A stretch of DNA of 32,000 nucleotides from Variovorax sp. CAN15 (GCF_030462475.1 NZ_JASMRZ010000049.1:1-32000), one strand, 5' to 3'; shown: positions 23,266-32,000, counted from the first letter of the stretch. Notes: generated by a model from the sequence alone, not told the origin. A program made the numbers and translations.

Positions 23266-25602
23266 ATGCAGCGCACAGTCCAAGTCCACACCGTCCTGAG
23301 CTCGGAGCAGCTCAAGTTCCGCTCGATGCGGGGACGGGAGGGACTCAGCGAGCTCTTCGAGTTCGAGGTGGACATGGTCAGCAGCAGCTTCAGCCTCGAT
23401 CTGAAGCAATTGCTCGGCACTTCGCTCACGCTGGAGCTGGCCGACGAAGGCGCACCGCGCTTCCTCAACGGCACCGTGGTGCGCTTCGAGCTCGTGGGCC
23501 GCGCCAACGAGACCGGCCGCCACTACATCTACCGCGCGCTGGTGCAGCCGTGGCTCTGGTACCTCACGCGCACCACCGACTGCCGCATCTTCCAGAACAA
23601 GAGCGTGCCCGAGGTGCTCGACGAAGTGCTGGGCAAGTACGGCTTCCAGTTCGAGAAACGCCTCACGGGCAGCTACCCCACCTGGGAATACTGCGTGCAG
23701 TACCAGGAAAGCGACTTCGCCTTCGTGAGCCGCCTCATGGAGCACGAAGGCATCGCCTACCACTTCGAGCACAGCAACGGCTCGCACCTGCTGGTGCTGG
23801 CCGACGACTCGGGCAGCTACCAGCCGCTGCCGGGCCACGCCAGCATCACCTACCGCCCGCGCGACCGCGTCGTCAACGCGCTGGAGCCCTGCATCGACCA
23901 GTGGCGCGTGGCCGAGCAGATCACATCCGGCCGCGTGATGCTCGACGACTTCGACTTCAGGAAGTCGCGCGCCTCGCTGCAAAGCGTGCAGCAAGACCCC
24001 AAACCTCACGAGCACTCGACCTACGAGGTCTACGAATGGCTCGGCGGCTACACCGAGCACCAGCAGGGCGATGCCTACGCCAGGATCCGCCTGCAGGAGC
24101 TTCAGTGCGCGCACGAACTGGCCTCGGGCCACACCAACGTGGTGGGCATGGCGCCGGGCTACCTGTTCCAGATGACGCACTGCCCGCGCGAGTCGGACAA
24201 CCGCGAGTACCTCGTCACCGAAACCCGCTACGACCTGCGCGAGCCCGAGTACTCCTCGGGCGGCAACAGCGAATCGGTGTGCGAGTTCGACTTCACCGTG
24301 CTGCCTTCCTCCGTGCCCTACCGCCCCGCGCGCAAGACGCCGCGCCCGCGCACCAACGGCCCGCAGACCGCCACCGTGGTCGGCCCCGAGGAAATCTGGA
24401 CCGACCGCTTCGGCCGCGTGAAGCTGCAGTTCCGCTGGGACCGCTACGGCCAGTCGAACGAGAACAGCTCCTGCTGGGTGCGCGTGTCCAGCAGTTGGGC
24501 CGGCGCCAACTACGGCACCATGCACATGCCGCGCGTGGGCCAGGAAGTGATCGTCGATTTCATCGGCGGCGAGCCCGACCGCCCCATCGTCACCGGCCGC
24601 GTCTACAACAGCGACCAGATGCCGCCGTGGGAGCTGCCCGCCAATGCCACGGCCAGCGGCATCCTCACGCGCTCCAGCACCGGCGGCGCGGCCAACCAGG
24701 CCAACATGCTGCGCTTCGAGGACCGCACGGGCGCCGAGCAGATCCTGCTGCATGCCGAGCGCAACCTCGACGTCGAAGTGGAAGCCGACGAGACTCGCGA
24801 CGTGGGCGGCAACCGCACCACCGTCATCCACGCCAACGAAAAGCTCGACGTGCTGGGCACCCGCACCACGACCATCACCGACAAGGAAACCGCCACCTAC
24901 AACGGCGGCGAAGAACGACTCGTGAACAGCGGCGGCGTCGAGACCATCAACGGCGGCCAGACCCGCACGGTGAACGGTGGCGAGACCGAGACCATCCACG
25001 GCGGCGAAACGCGCACGGTGACGGGCGGGCAGACCGAGACCATCTCCGGCGGCGAGACCCGCAGCATCACCGGCGGCGAGAGCGAAACCATCGCGGGAGG
25101 CGAAACACGCACCATCACCGGCGGCGCGACGTGGACCATCACCGGAGGTCTCACGGCCACGGTGGACGGCTCCGAGATTCTCACCACCAAAGGACCGCGC
25201 ACCGAGAACATCACCGCGGGCGAGACCCGCAACATCACCGGCACCGTCACCGAGAACGTCAGCGTCGAGATCATCGTGAACGCGCCGAAGGTGACCTACA
25301 ACGTGCCGCAGCACACCATCAGTTCCTCCCAGGAGAACAACTGGCGGATCGCGCGCGCCAGCGGCTGCGTCTTCCGCTTCGGCGCGGTGGCGACCTCGTT
25401 CGACGTCTGGGGCGCCAGAGCGCAGATCTATGCGGCCCTCAACCTCCAGCTGGCCACGGTGAAGATCGACATCTCGGCCTTCAAGAACAAGAACAACGGG
25501 CTCGCCCTCGAAACCTCGGGCGCCAACGTGAAGGCCGCGGGCGCCAAGATCCGCAGCGGCGGTCTGGCGATCCAGGCCAAGGTCATGAGCATCTTCAGCT
25601 GA
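23266..25602 (+). CDS. vgrG: Type VI secretion spike protein VgrG
   Basis: 778 aa. The gp27-like N-terminus has LSELFEFEVDMVS, YRALVQPWLWYLTRTTDCRIFQNKSVPEVL, ESDFAFVSRLMEHEGIAYHFEH and GRVKLQFRWDR. A gp5 OB-fold (MPRVGQEVIVDFIGGEPDRPIVTGRVYN) and a beta-helix of octapeptide repeats follow. Confidence 0.95.
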   Translation: MQRTVQVHTVLSSEQLKFRSMRGREGLSELFEFEVDMVSSSFSLDLKQLLGTSLTLELADEGAPRFLNGTVVRFELVGRANETGRHYIYRALVQPWLWYLTRTTDCRIFQNKSVPEVLDEVLGKYGFQFEKRLTGSYPTWEYCVQYQESDFAFVSRLMEHEGIAYHFEHSNGSHLLVLADDSGSYQPLPGHASITYRPRDRVVNALEPCIDQWRVAEQITSGRVMLDDFDFRKSRASLQSVQQDPKPHEHSTYEVYEWLGGYTEHQQGDAYARIRLQELQCAHELASGHTNVVGMAPGYLFQMTHCPRESDNREYLVTETRYDLREPEYSSGGNSESVCEFDFTVLPSSVPYRPARKTPRPRTNGPQTATVVGPEEIWTDRFGRVKLQFRWDRYGQSNENSSCWVRVSSSWAGANYGTMHMPRVGQEVIVDFIGGEPDRPIVTGRVYNSDQMPPWELPANATASGILTRSSTGGAANQANMLRFEDRTGAEQILLHAERNLDVEVEADETRDVGGNRTTVIHANEKLDVLGTRTTTITDKETATYNGGEERLVNSGGVETINGGQTRTVNGGETETIHGGETRTVTGGQTETISGGETRSITGGESETIAGGETRTITGGATWTITGGLTATVDGSEILTTKGPRTENITAGETRNITGTVTENVSVEIIVNAPKVTYNVPQHTISSSQENNWRIARASGCVFRFGAVATSFDVWGARAQIYAALNLQLATVKIDISAFKNKNNGLALETSGANVKAAGAKIRSGGLAIQAKVMSIFS
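24901..25260 (+). repeat. 15 consecutive 24-bp (octapeptide) repeats encoding the VgrG beta-helix
   Basis: The units are NGGEERLV NSGGVETI NGGQTRTV NGGETETI HGGETRTV TGGQTETI SGGETRSI TGGESETI AGGETRTI TGGATWTI TGGLTATV DGSEILTT KGPRTENI TAGETRNI TGTVTENV. The period is exactly 24 nt and all units are in frame. Confidence 0.9.
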
Positions 25603-25622
25603 GCACCACGACGACATCGCCC

Positions 25623-26012
25623 ATGCAGTTCTGGTTGCCAGTGATTTCCGGTGTGCTGATCGTCCTCTTCCTGGCGTTGGTGATAGTGCACACCGTGCGC
25701 AGCAACAGGCCCTACCGCGAGGAAGAGCAGCGCTACGAGCGGCTCGCGGTCAAAGGCCAGCCCGCCAGCGCCGAGGTGCTGGCCCTGCGCGAACTGGCGC
25801 AGGGCACCTACGACAACGACGTCGAACTGAGGCTGCGCACCGTCGCCCTGGCCGGTCGGCCGCCCCTGGAACAGACGCTCAAGACCCGCATAGCGCGTGA
25901 ACTCGTGGTCAATTTCATGCCGGGCCAGACCATCCATGTGCTGGTCGACCCGGCCGACACCACGGCCGTGGCCATCGACCGCCGCCGGTCGACCACGACC
26001 ATTTCCCGCTGA
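25623..26012 (+). CDS. Small single-pass membrane protein (129 aa), VgrG-linked, unknown function
   Basis: The ATG at 25623 lies 21 nt after the vgrG stop. The protein has an N-terminal TM helix (FWLPVISGVLIVLFLALVIVHTV) and a soluble ~100-aa domain. It is the C-terminal part of shadow ORF 23550-26012. Confidence 0.55.
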   Translation: MQFWLPVISGVLIVLFLALVIVHTVRSNRPYREEEQRYERLAVKGQPASAEVLALRELAQGTYDNDVELRLRTVALAGRPPLEQTLKTRIARELVVNFMPGQTIHVLVDPADTTAVAIDRRRSTTTISR

Positions 26013-26034
26013 TCGCGCGCATCTCTCCGTTTCC

Positions 26035-28698
26035 ATGAAAGTCATCAAGCCGCTCCGGCTCAGCGTACTGAGTCGCCCCTTTCCATGGCAGCGCCGCCAG
26101 CGGCTTGGCCTTACCGTGATCGCAATGACGGGCACGGATGCCGTGCCGGTGCTCTATCCCGACGCCGAACTCTGGCCCCTGGTGGCAGAGGAGATCGGCG
26201 AGCAAGGCGTGCTCGACCTGGGCATGCCCAAGCGCAGTGCGGAATTTCTCGCCACCGGCCACGCCTACACCGCACACCAGCAGACGCGCAACCAGTGCAT
26301 GGTGAAGATGCGCGTCGGCACGATCGAGAAGAGTCTGCGCGTGTCGGGCGACCGCTATTGGCTCGACAGGCGCGCCACGCCGCCTCGAGACTTCGAGAGC
26401 ATGCCGCTCGACTGGCAGCGCGCCTATGGCGGCGCCTCGTTCGCGGACAACCCGCTGGGCATCGGTGCCGACGAAGAGACCATCAACGGCGTGCGCACGC
26501 GCCGGCTTCCGAACATCGAGGCGCCCGACGCGCTCATCCAGCGCCACGACCAGCAGCTCACACCTGCCGGCTTCGGCGCCATCGACGTGATGTGGCCCCG
26601 GCGCTTCGCCCGCGTCGGCAAGGACTACGGCGAGCGCTGGGCGAGAGAAGACTTTCCGGCCTTCTCCGGCGACATGGACTGGCACCTCTTCAACGCGGCG
26701 CCCGAAGACCAGTGGTGGCGCGACACCGACAGCATTCCCGGCGGGGCCTCCTACGAAATCTGGAACATGCATCCAGGCAAGCCCTGCCAGGAAGGCCGTC
26801 TGCCCGACTGGCGCGCGCGATGCTTCCTCACCCTGGCGGGCGAAGCCGGAGAGACCACCTTCACCGATGTCCCCATGCGGATGACCACCGCCTGGTTCTT
26901 TCCGCACCGTGAACGCATCGTGCTCATCTATCACGGCGTGGCGGACATCCGGGAAGACGATGCCGCCGACGTCCTCCACCTGATGCCCGCGCTCGAGGAA
27001 TCGGCTGCCGAGCCGCTGCCGGCCAGCCACTACCGGTCGGTCATGCAGCAGCGGCTCGATACGGAAAGCGGCGCGCTCTACAGCTTTCGTGATCGCGATC
27101 TGCTTCCCGCTGCGGCAATCGCTCCCTGGCTCGACACCATCTCGCTGAAAGACCGTCCGCTCGGCCCGCTGGCGAGCAATGCGCAGCGGCACGGAGAGTG
27201 GATGCGCGAGCAGATGCGCCAGAAGATGATCGGCGACGGGCAGGACCCGGATCGCTACTTTCCGCCGCCGGACCCGGCCGACGAACTGCCCACGCTGGAT
27301 GCGCTGCCCGAATTCGTCGCACGCAGCAAGCGCCTCCAGGAAGAAGCCAGGCAGAAACTGCAGGCACAGCGGCAGGAGCTGTCCGAGACGCTTCGCGCGG
27401 GCGCGGCCGAAGCCGGTCCCGTGGGGCCGGACATGGCCCCCCTGCTCGCGCTGGCCGAGGGCCGCGAGCCTCCTGCGCTCAAGGGCCCTCCTTCCGCGGC
27501 AATGGCACCGCACATCCAGAGCATGGCTGCATCCATCTCGGAAGTGCCGGGAACGCTCGCCGCCGGCATGGGCCCGGTGACCGAACTCCTGGGCCGCGGG
27601 GAGTTCATCACCGCGGCGCAGCGCAAGATGTACCTCCACAGTGCCCACCATCAGGATGCGGCCGACCCGATGACGCCGCAGCGGGCCGCCGAGGCACGCC
27701 AGCAGGCAACGCAGATCCTCGCGGGCAGCCGGGACTTTTCGGACATGGACCTGACCGGTGCCGACCTGTCGGGCATGGACCTCAGTGGAGCGTGCTTTCG
27801 CGGCGCCCTGCTGGAGAGCGCCAACCTGCGCGGCGCGCGGCTCGACAACGCCGATTTCTCCCGCGCAGTGCTCGTGCGTGCGTGCCTCGACGGCACCTCG
27901 CTGCGCGAGACGCTGCTCGAAGGGGCCAACCTCGGTTTCGCCCAATGCAGGCAGACCGTGTTCGCCGCCGCGAATCTGCGCCACGCCATGCTCGAGAACA
28001 TCCTGTGCGAGGACTGCGACTTCAGCGCTTCCCTGTGGGAAGACAACACAGTGGTCGAGGCATCGTTTGCGCGCTGCAGCTTTCGCCGCGCGAGCCTCAA
28101 GGTGGTCATGTTCCTTGAGAAGGTGCACCTGGATCAGCTCGACTTCGAGGAGGCGACGCTCTTCAAGCTGCACTTCGTGCGCTGCAAGCCCGGCGCGATC
28201 GGTTTTGCCGGCGCAAGGCTCGAAAGCTGCGTGTTCGTGGACGTGCAGGCCGACGGATGCGTGGATTTCACGCGTGCCAAGCTGCGCACCACCTGCGTGG
28301 TGGGCACCAGCAGCTTCAGACAGGCGAAGTTCGCTGCTGCCCATCTGCGCGAATGCAGCCTGCGCGCGGTGGCGCTTTCCGGTGCCTGCCTGGCCGATGC
28401 CCGACTGGACAACAGCGATTTCTCCGGATGCGATCTCACGCGGGCCGATTTCTCGCGCAGCAACGCGCGCGACTCGCGCTTCGTGCGAGCCAATCTCCAG
28501 CACGCCAGCCTGAGGGACGCCGACCTGATCGACGCGAGCTTCCAGAAAGCCGATCTGCGCCTCGCAGACCTGCGCGGCGCCAACCTTTTCCGCGCCGACG
28601 TCTCCCAGAGCCTCATGGACGGCTCCACGCTGCTCGACGGCGCCTACACGCACCTGGCCAAGGTCTATCCGGTGCGCCAGGACGCTGCGGCCGCATGA
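26035..28698 (+). CDS. DUF2169-domain protein fused to a C-terminal pentapeptide-repeat domain (887 aa)
   Basis: The ATG at 26035 gives MKVIKPLRLSVLSRPFPWQ..., a typical DUF2169 N-terminus. From ~nt 27730 to the end the sequence is continuous A(D/N)LxX-type pentapeptide repeats (DLTGADLSGMDLSGACFRGALLESANLRGARLDNADFSRA ... ADLRLADLRGANLFRADVS). Confidence 0.8.
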   Translation: MKVIKPLRLSVLSRPFPWQRRQRLGLTVIAMTGTDAVPVLYPDAELWPLVAEEIGEQGVLDLGMPKRSAEFLATGHAYTAHQQTRNQCMVKMRVGTIEKSLRVSGDRYWLDRRATPPRDFESMPLDWQRAYGGASFADNPLGIGADEETINGVRTRRLPNIEAPDALIQRHDQQLTPAGFGAIDVMWPRRFARVGKDYGERWAREDFPAFSGDMDWHLFNAAPEDQWWRDTDSIPGGASYEIWNMHPGKPCQEGRLPDWRARCFLTLAGEAGETTFTDVPMRMTTAWFFPHRERIVLIYHGVADIREDDAADVLHLMPALEESAAEPLPASHYRSVMQQRLDTESGALYSFRDRDLLPAAAIAPWLDTISLKDRPLGPLASNAQRHGEWMREQMRQKMIGDGQDPDRYFPPPDPADELPTLDALPEFVARSKRLQEEARQKLQAQRQELSETLRAGAAEAGPVGPDMAPLLALAEGREPPALKGPPSAAMAPHIQSMAASISEVPGTLAAGMGPVTELLGRGEFITAAQRKMYLHSAHHQDAADPMTPQRAAEARQQATQILAGSRDFSDMDLTGADLSGMDLSGACFRGALLESANLRGARLDNADFSRAVLVRACLDGTSLRETLLEGANLGFAQCRQTVFAAANLRHAMLENILCEDCDFSASLWEDNTVVEASFARCSFRRASLKVVMFLEKVHLDQLDFEEATLFKLHFVRCKPGAIGFAGARLESCVFVDVQADGCVDFTRAKLRTTCVVGTSSFRQAKFAAAHLRECSLRAVALSGACLADARLDNSDFSGCDLTRADFSRSNARDSRFVRANLQHASLRDADLIDASFQKADLRLADLRGANLFRADVSQSLMDGSTLLDGAYTHLAKVYPVRQDAAAA

Positions 28699-29780
28699 CG
28701 CCGCACCGACTGCAGGCCATGGTGCAGCGCGGCGAGCCGATCCGGGAAAGAAGCTGCAGGGGCTGGCGCCTCGACGGATTGGATCTGTCCGGCGGAGTGT
28801 TCATCGACGTCGACTTCGACGGTGTGAGCTGCATCGGCACGCGTTTCGAGGAAAGCCAGTTCGAAAGCTGCACCTTCGCAGGTGTGCGGCTCAACGACGC
28901 GCAGTTGAAGAAGGCGGCCTTCGCGCAATGCGAACTCCCGTCGGCAGACCTGAAGGCCGCTGTCCTGGACGACGCCGTATTCCATCGCTGCAAGCTGCCG
29001 GACAGCGATTTCTCCCAGGCCAGCGTTGTCGATACCAAGTTCATGGAGAGCACCCTTTCGCGCAGCCGCTTCGCTGCCGGGATGCTCGAGCGGACGCTGT
29101 TCTTCCAGTCGCCGCTGGACGGCGCCGACCTCTCGGGCGCCCGTCTGGACAAGGTCGTGTTCTACCAGGTCGACCTGCGTGAAACCGCGCTCGCCGGCGC
29201 GCGCTTCGAGCGGGTCGTCTTCGTCGAATCCCGCCTTGGCGGCCATGATTTCTCCAGGCATCACTTTGCGCTGTGCCAGTTCACGGACGCTGACCTCGAG
29301 GGCTGCAACTTCGAGGGCGCGCACATGGCCCGGTGCAACTTCAAGGGTGCCAGGCTGCGCGGCGCGATTCTGCGCGGCGTCCAGGCGCCGCAGGCGCTCT
29401 TTCCCGAGGCCGACCTGAGCAGGGCTGATGCGCGGGGCGCGCATTTCGACCAGAGTCTCTGGATCGATGCCGTGCTCGCAGCCACCGATTTCGGCGGCTC
29501 CAGCATGCAGCAGTGCATCTTCCACCGCGCCGATTGCACCGGCGCCAGCTTTGGCGGTGCAGACCTCACCTACGCCGACTTTTCCGGCGCCGTGCTCGCG
29601 GGCTCGAACCTCGATGCCCGTCTCTTTCGCACCCAGCTGCACGGGGCACGGGACGTTCCCGACGCCCTGCGCGGCAATGCCGGCGTGCTGCCGAACGATC
29701 CGGACCTGTTCGAGGCGCAGCGCTGGTCCGAGCGCCGCAGGCCACATTCCATTCCATCCACGAAAGGCGAAATCCCATGA
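28695..29780 (+). CDS. Pentapeptide-repeat protein (361 aa)
   Basis: The ATG overlaps the upstream stop (ATGA at 28695-28698). Almost the whole length is pentapeptide repeats (LDLSGGVFIDVDFDGVSCIGTRFEESQFESCTFAGVRLNDAQL ... GADLTYADFSGAVLAGSNLDARLF). Confidence 0.85.
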   Translation: MTPHRLQAMVQRGEPIRERSCRGWRLDGLDLSGGVFIDVDFDGVSCIGTRFEESQFESCTFAGVRLNDAQLKKAAFAQCELPSADLKAAVLDDAVFHRCKLPDSDFSQASVVDTKFMESTLSRSRFAAGMLERTLFFQSPLDGADLSGARLDKVVFYQVDLRETALAGARFERVVFVESRLGGHDFSRHHFALCQFTDADLEGCNFEGAHMARCNFKGARLRGAILRGVQAPQALFPEADLSRADARGAHFDQSLWIDAVLAATDFGGSSMQQCIFHRADCTGASFGGADLTYADFSGAVLAGSNLDARLFRTQLHGARDVPDALRGNAGVLPNDPDLFEAQRWSERRRPHSIPSTKGEIP

Positions 29781-30448
29781 AGAACATCGCAGCATTGCGC
29801 AGCCCGCAGGCAGGCACCGCCGACGCCCCTGTGCAGCGCCTCGGCAAGGTGGTCGAGTTCCTGAGCGAAGGATCGCTGTACCGGGTGGAATGCGAGGACG
29901 GCGCCTGGCAATGCCGCCGCGCCGCCAGCTGCCTGCTGCGGCCCGAGCCGGGCGACACGGTGCTGATCTCCGGTCCCGATCGCTACCACGTCTACCTGAT
30001 CGCGGTGATTGATCAGGCAGACGCCAGCGCGGCGCGCATCGAGACCACCGGCCGCCTCGTGCTGGCCGCGCCCATGGGCGGCGTGCAGATCGAAAGCCGC
30101 GAGGCCATCCGGCTGCAATCCGCCAAGGCCGTGGAAGTCAACAGCGCGCGCTTCGCACTCAATGCGAGCGAGGCCGATTGCAAGGTGGACCGCCTCGACT
30201 ACGTCGGAAACGCGGTCCGGGCCATGACGGCGAGCATCCATGTCGTCGGGCGCCTGTGCGAGACCGTCACGGACCGGCTGGTGCACATCAGCCGCACGGC
30301 TTTCCGCATGACCGAGCAAACCGAGCAGTTGCGCTGCGGCCAGCTCGACTACGAAGCGACCGACCTTGCCCGCATCCATGCGTCGCAGACGGTGGTCACG
30401 GCGCAGGCGGTCGTGAAAGTCGACGCCAAGCAGATCCACATGGGCTGA
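29777..30448 (+). CDS. DUF3540-like protein (223 aa)
   Basis: The ATG overlaps the upstream stop (ATGA at 29777-29780). The call rests on position (after the pentapeptide proteins, before the DUF4150 gene) and general sequence character. The family is assigned from memory of this conserved arrangement. Confidence 0.55.
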   Translation: MKNIAALRSPQAGTADAPVQRLGKVVEFLSEGSLYRVECEDGAWQCRRAASCLLRPEPGDTVLISGPDRYHVYLIAVIDQADASAARIETTGRLVLAAPMGGVQIESREAIRLQSAKAVEVNSARFALNASEADCKVDRLDYVGNAVRAMTASIHVVGRLCETVTDRLVHISRTAFRMTEQTEQLRCGQLDYEATDLARIHASQTVVTAQAVVKVDAKQIHMG

Positions 30449-30477
30449 CCGCCTTCCAACAAGGAGGAGCCGACACC

Positions 30478-30864
30478 ATGTTCGCCAACTGCCAGATGAT
30501 GGGAATGGACCTGGCCTTTCCCGACGTGTGCAAGACACCGCCGGCCATTCCGATCCCCTACCCGAACTTCGCGCTCGGCCCGACCGCGATACCCAATGCG
30601 TGGAACATCCTCTTCATGTTCGCGCCGGCACACAACCTCGCGACCGTCACGCCGCTGACCAATGGCGACAACCCGGGCGTCACGCTGGGCGTGATCTCTC
30701 CTTCGGTGATGGGCCCTTCGCGCCACATCACCGGGTCGTTCACCGTGCTCCTGAAGGGCAGCCCTGCCACGCGCATGACCAGCCTTTCCGTACAGAACCG
30801 AAGCAACGCGCTGGGCATGCGCATTGTGCCCAGCCAATTCAAGGTGTTGATGCTCGCGCCTTGA
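30478..30864 (+). CDS. PAAR-like DUF4150 protein, short form with no C-terminal toxin domain (128 aa)
   Basis: Strong SD (AAGGAGGA) upstream. The protein starts MFANCQMMGMDLAFPDVCKTPPAIPIPYPNFA, the characteristic DUF4150 opening (PDVCKTP...P.PYPN). It ends after the core domain. Confidence 0.8.
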   Translation: MFANCQMMGMDLAFPDVCKTPPAIPIPYPNFALGPTAIPNAWNILFMFAPAHNLATVTPLTNGDNPGVTLGVISPSVMGPSRHITGSFTVLLKGSPATRMTSLSVQNRSNALGMRIVPSQFKVLMLAP

Positions 30865-30981
30865 ACCGAGGCGCCGGCCGGACGCGATCTCTCGATCAGG
30901 GAGCCGCGATGCGCTTCCACGCGCTCGGCGCCTGATTCTCCAGGGTATCGATCTGGATTTCACAAACCCACCGCTGCCGCT

Positions 30982-31962
30982 TTACTCTGCTTTCACGCCC
31001 GCGGTGCGGATCACCTTTCCCCATTTCGCCGTTTCGGAGGTAATGAACGCATCGAATTCCTCCGGCGTGCTGCCCGCCGCAATGGTGCCCATCGCATCCA
31101 GCTTGGCGCGCGTGTCGTCGCTCCTGATGATGCGCGCCACCTCTTCCGACATGCGCTTGACGATGTCGCGCGGCGTGCCCGCCGGCGCCAGCATGCCGGC
31201 CCAGGTGCTGCCGGTGAAGCCCGCGAAACCCTGCTCGATGAAGGTCGGCACATCGGGCGCCGCCGCCAGTCGCTTGTCGCCCGCCACGCCGATCAGCCGA
31301 ACCTTGCCGGCCTTGGCCTGGTTGATGAGGCCCGTCGGCGCATCGAAGAAAAGCTGGATCTGCCCGCCCATCAGGTCCGTCAGCGCAGGCACCGCTCCGC
31401 GGTACGGGATGTGGATCATGTAGGTCTGCGTCAGCGACTTCCACAGCTCGGTGGTCAGGTGCGCGGCCGAGCCGTTGCCCGAGGAGCCGAAGCTCACCTT
31501 GGCCGGATTGGCGCGCGCATAGTCGATGAGCTCGCGCGCCGTCTTGAAAGGCGCATCGACGTTCACGGCCGCCAGCAGCGGCGACACGCCCATCAGCGAA
31601 ACGCCCGTCAGGTCCTTGCGCGGGTCATAGGGCAGCTTGGGGTACAGCGTGGTGTTCGCCGCATAGGCTGCGATGACAACGCCGAAAGTCGTGCCGTCCG
31701 GCGCCGCCTTGGCGATCGCATCGACGCCGATCAGGCTGTTCGCACCCGGCTTGTTGTCGACCAGCACAGGCTGTCCCAGCTTCGTCTGCAGCCCGACCTG
31801 CACCAGCCGCGCCATCTGGTCGGTGAAGCCGCCGGGCGTGTACGGCACGATCACGCGGATCGGCTTGGTGGACCATGCGGTCTGCGCGAACGACGGCAAG
31901 GGGAGGCTTGCGGCGGCGGTGGCGAGCGTGAAGCGGCGGCGGGACAGCGTGGCTTGGGACAT
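30982..31962 (-). CDS. Bug-family (TctC-like) tripartite tricarboxylate transporter substrate-binding protein
   Basis: Tat-like signal (SRRRFTLATAAASLPLPSFAQ). Motifs are KPIRVIVPYTPGGFTDQMARL, VDNKPGANSLIG, GSSGNGSAAHL and PYRGAVPALTDLMGGQIQ. Confidence 0.9.
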   Translation of the reverse strand: MSQATLSRRRFTLATAAASLPLPSFAQTAWSTKPIRVIVPYTPGGFTDQMARLVQVGLQTKLGQPVLVDNKPGANSLIGVDAIAKAAPDGTTFGVVIAAYAANTTLYPKLPYDPRKDLTGVSLMGVSPLLAAVNVDAPFKTARELIDYARANPAKVSFGSSGNGSAAHLTTELWKSLTQTYMIHIPYRGAVPALTDLMGGQIQLFFDAPTGLINQAKAGKVRLIGVAGDKRLAAAPDVPTFIEQGFAGFTGSTWAGMLAPAGTPRDIVKRMSEEVARIIRSDDTRAKLDAMGTIAAGSTPEEFDAFITSETAKWGKVIRTAGVKAE

Positions 31963-32000
31963 GGCGGCGAAGGCTCTTTCGTTGCGTCGTTTCGGGAATG

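Noticed and set aside
24901-25260. Regular 24-bp tandem periodicity that could be mistaken for a CRISPR array or satellite
   Set aside because: The units are contiguous with no spacers and are in frame. They encode the VgrG beta-helix octapeptides. The repeat is a protein-level feature, not a CRISPR array.
23251-26012. 788-aa minus-strand ORF (23251-25617) and 820-aa plus-strand alternative-frame ORF (23550-26012) overlapping vgrG
   Set aside because: The VgrG frame carries unmistakable gp27/gp5 motifs and octapeptide repeats. The other two are low-complexity (R/G/H/D/A-rich) products of the repeats and the GC bias. Only the last 129 codons of 23550-26012 look like a real, separate gene.
25915-30538. 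Long minus-strand ORFs 25915-28653, 28665-29795 and 29570-30538 opposite the DUF2169/pentapeptide/DUF3540 genes
   Set aside because: They are shadow ORFs. The plus-strand frames show regular pentapeptide periodicity, ATGA coupling and SD sequences, while the minus frames are Arg/Ala/Gly-rich with no features.

Overview
High-GC chromosomal window, probably from a betaproteobacterium. A Burkholderiales/Comamonadaceae-like origin is inferred only from gene content: a Bug/TctC receptor and the mltG-tmk-holB-pilZ-tatD order. There are four blocks. (1) 1-3991: the end of a trehalose/glycogen locus, read as one uninterrupted MalQ-TreY fusion ORF. (2) ~4018-13149: a compact ~9.1 kb filamentous-phage (inovirus-like) prophage. 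It has a divergent HTH repressor, an RCR initiator, a candidate ssDNA-binding protein and a chain of translationally coupled micro-ORFs. It also has two coat-like genes, a g3p-like adsorption protein, a g6p-like protein and a Zot/g1p ATPase. A reverse-strand ParB-like module and a ~111-nt hairpin lie in the non-coding region. No integrase or secretin gene is present. The element is bounded by a direct repeat that looks like a XerC/XerD dif site. The left copy carries an exact ATTTAACATAA XerD arm, which suggests XerCD-mediated integration at dif. (3) 13198-23081: housekeeping genes (ankyrin, tatD, pilZ, holB, tmk, mltG, ygfZ, a secreted Pro-rich protein, a thioesterase-GNAT fusion, an esterase and an Fe-alcohol dehydrogenase). 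(4) 23266-30864: an orphan T6SS spike island made of VgrG, a small membrane protein, a DUF2169-pentapeptide fusion, a second pentapeptide protein, DUF3540 and a short DUF4150 PAAR-like protein. It has no recognisable toxin/immunity pair. A Bug-family receptor gene follows. Most long ORFs in the six-frame track are high-GC shadow ORFs. All family assignments come from motif recognition by eye, not from database searches.
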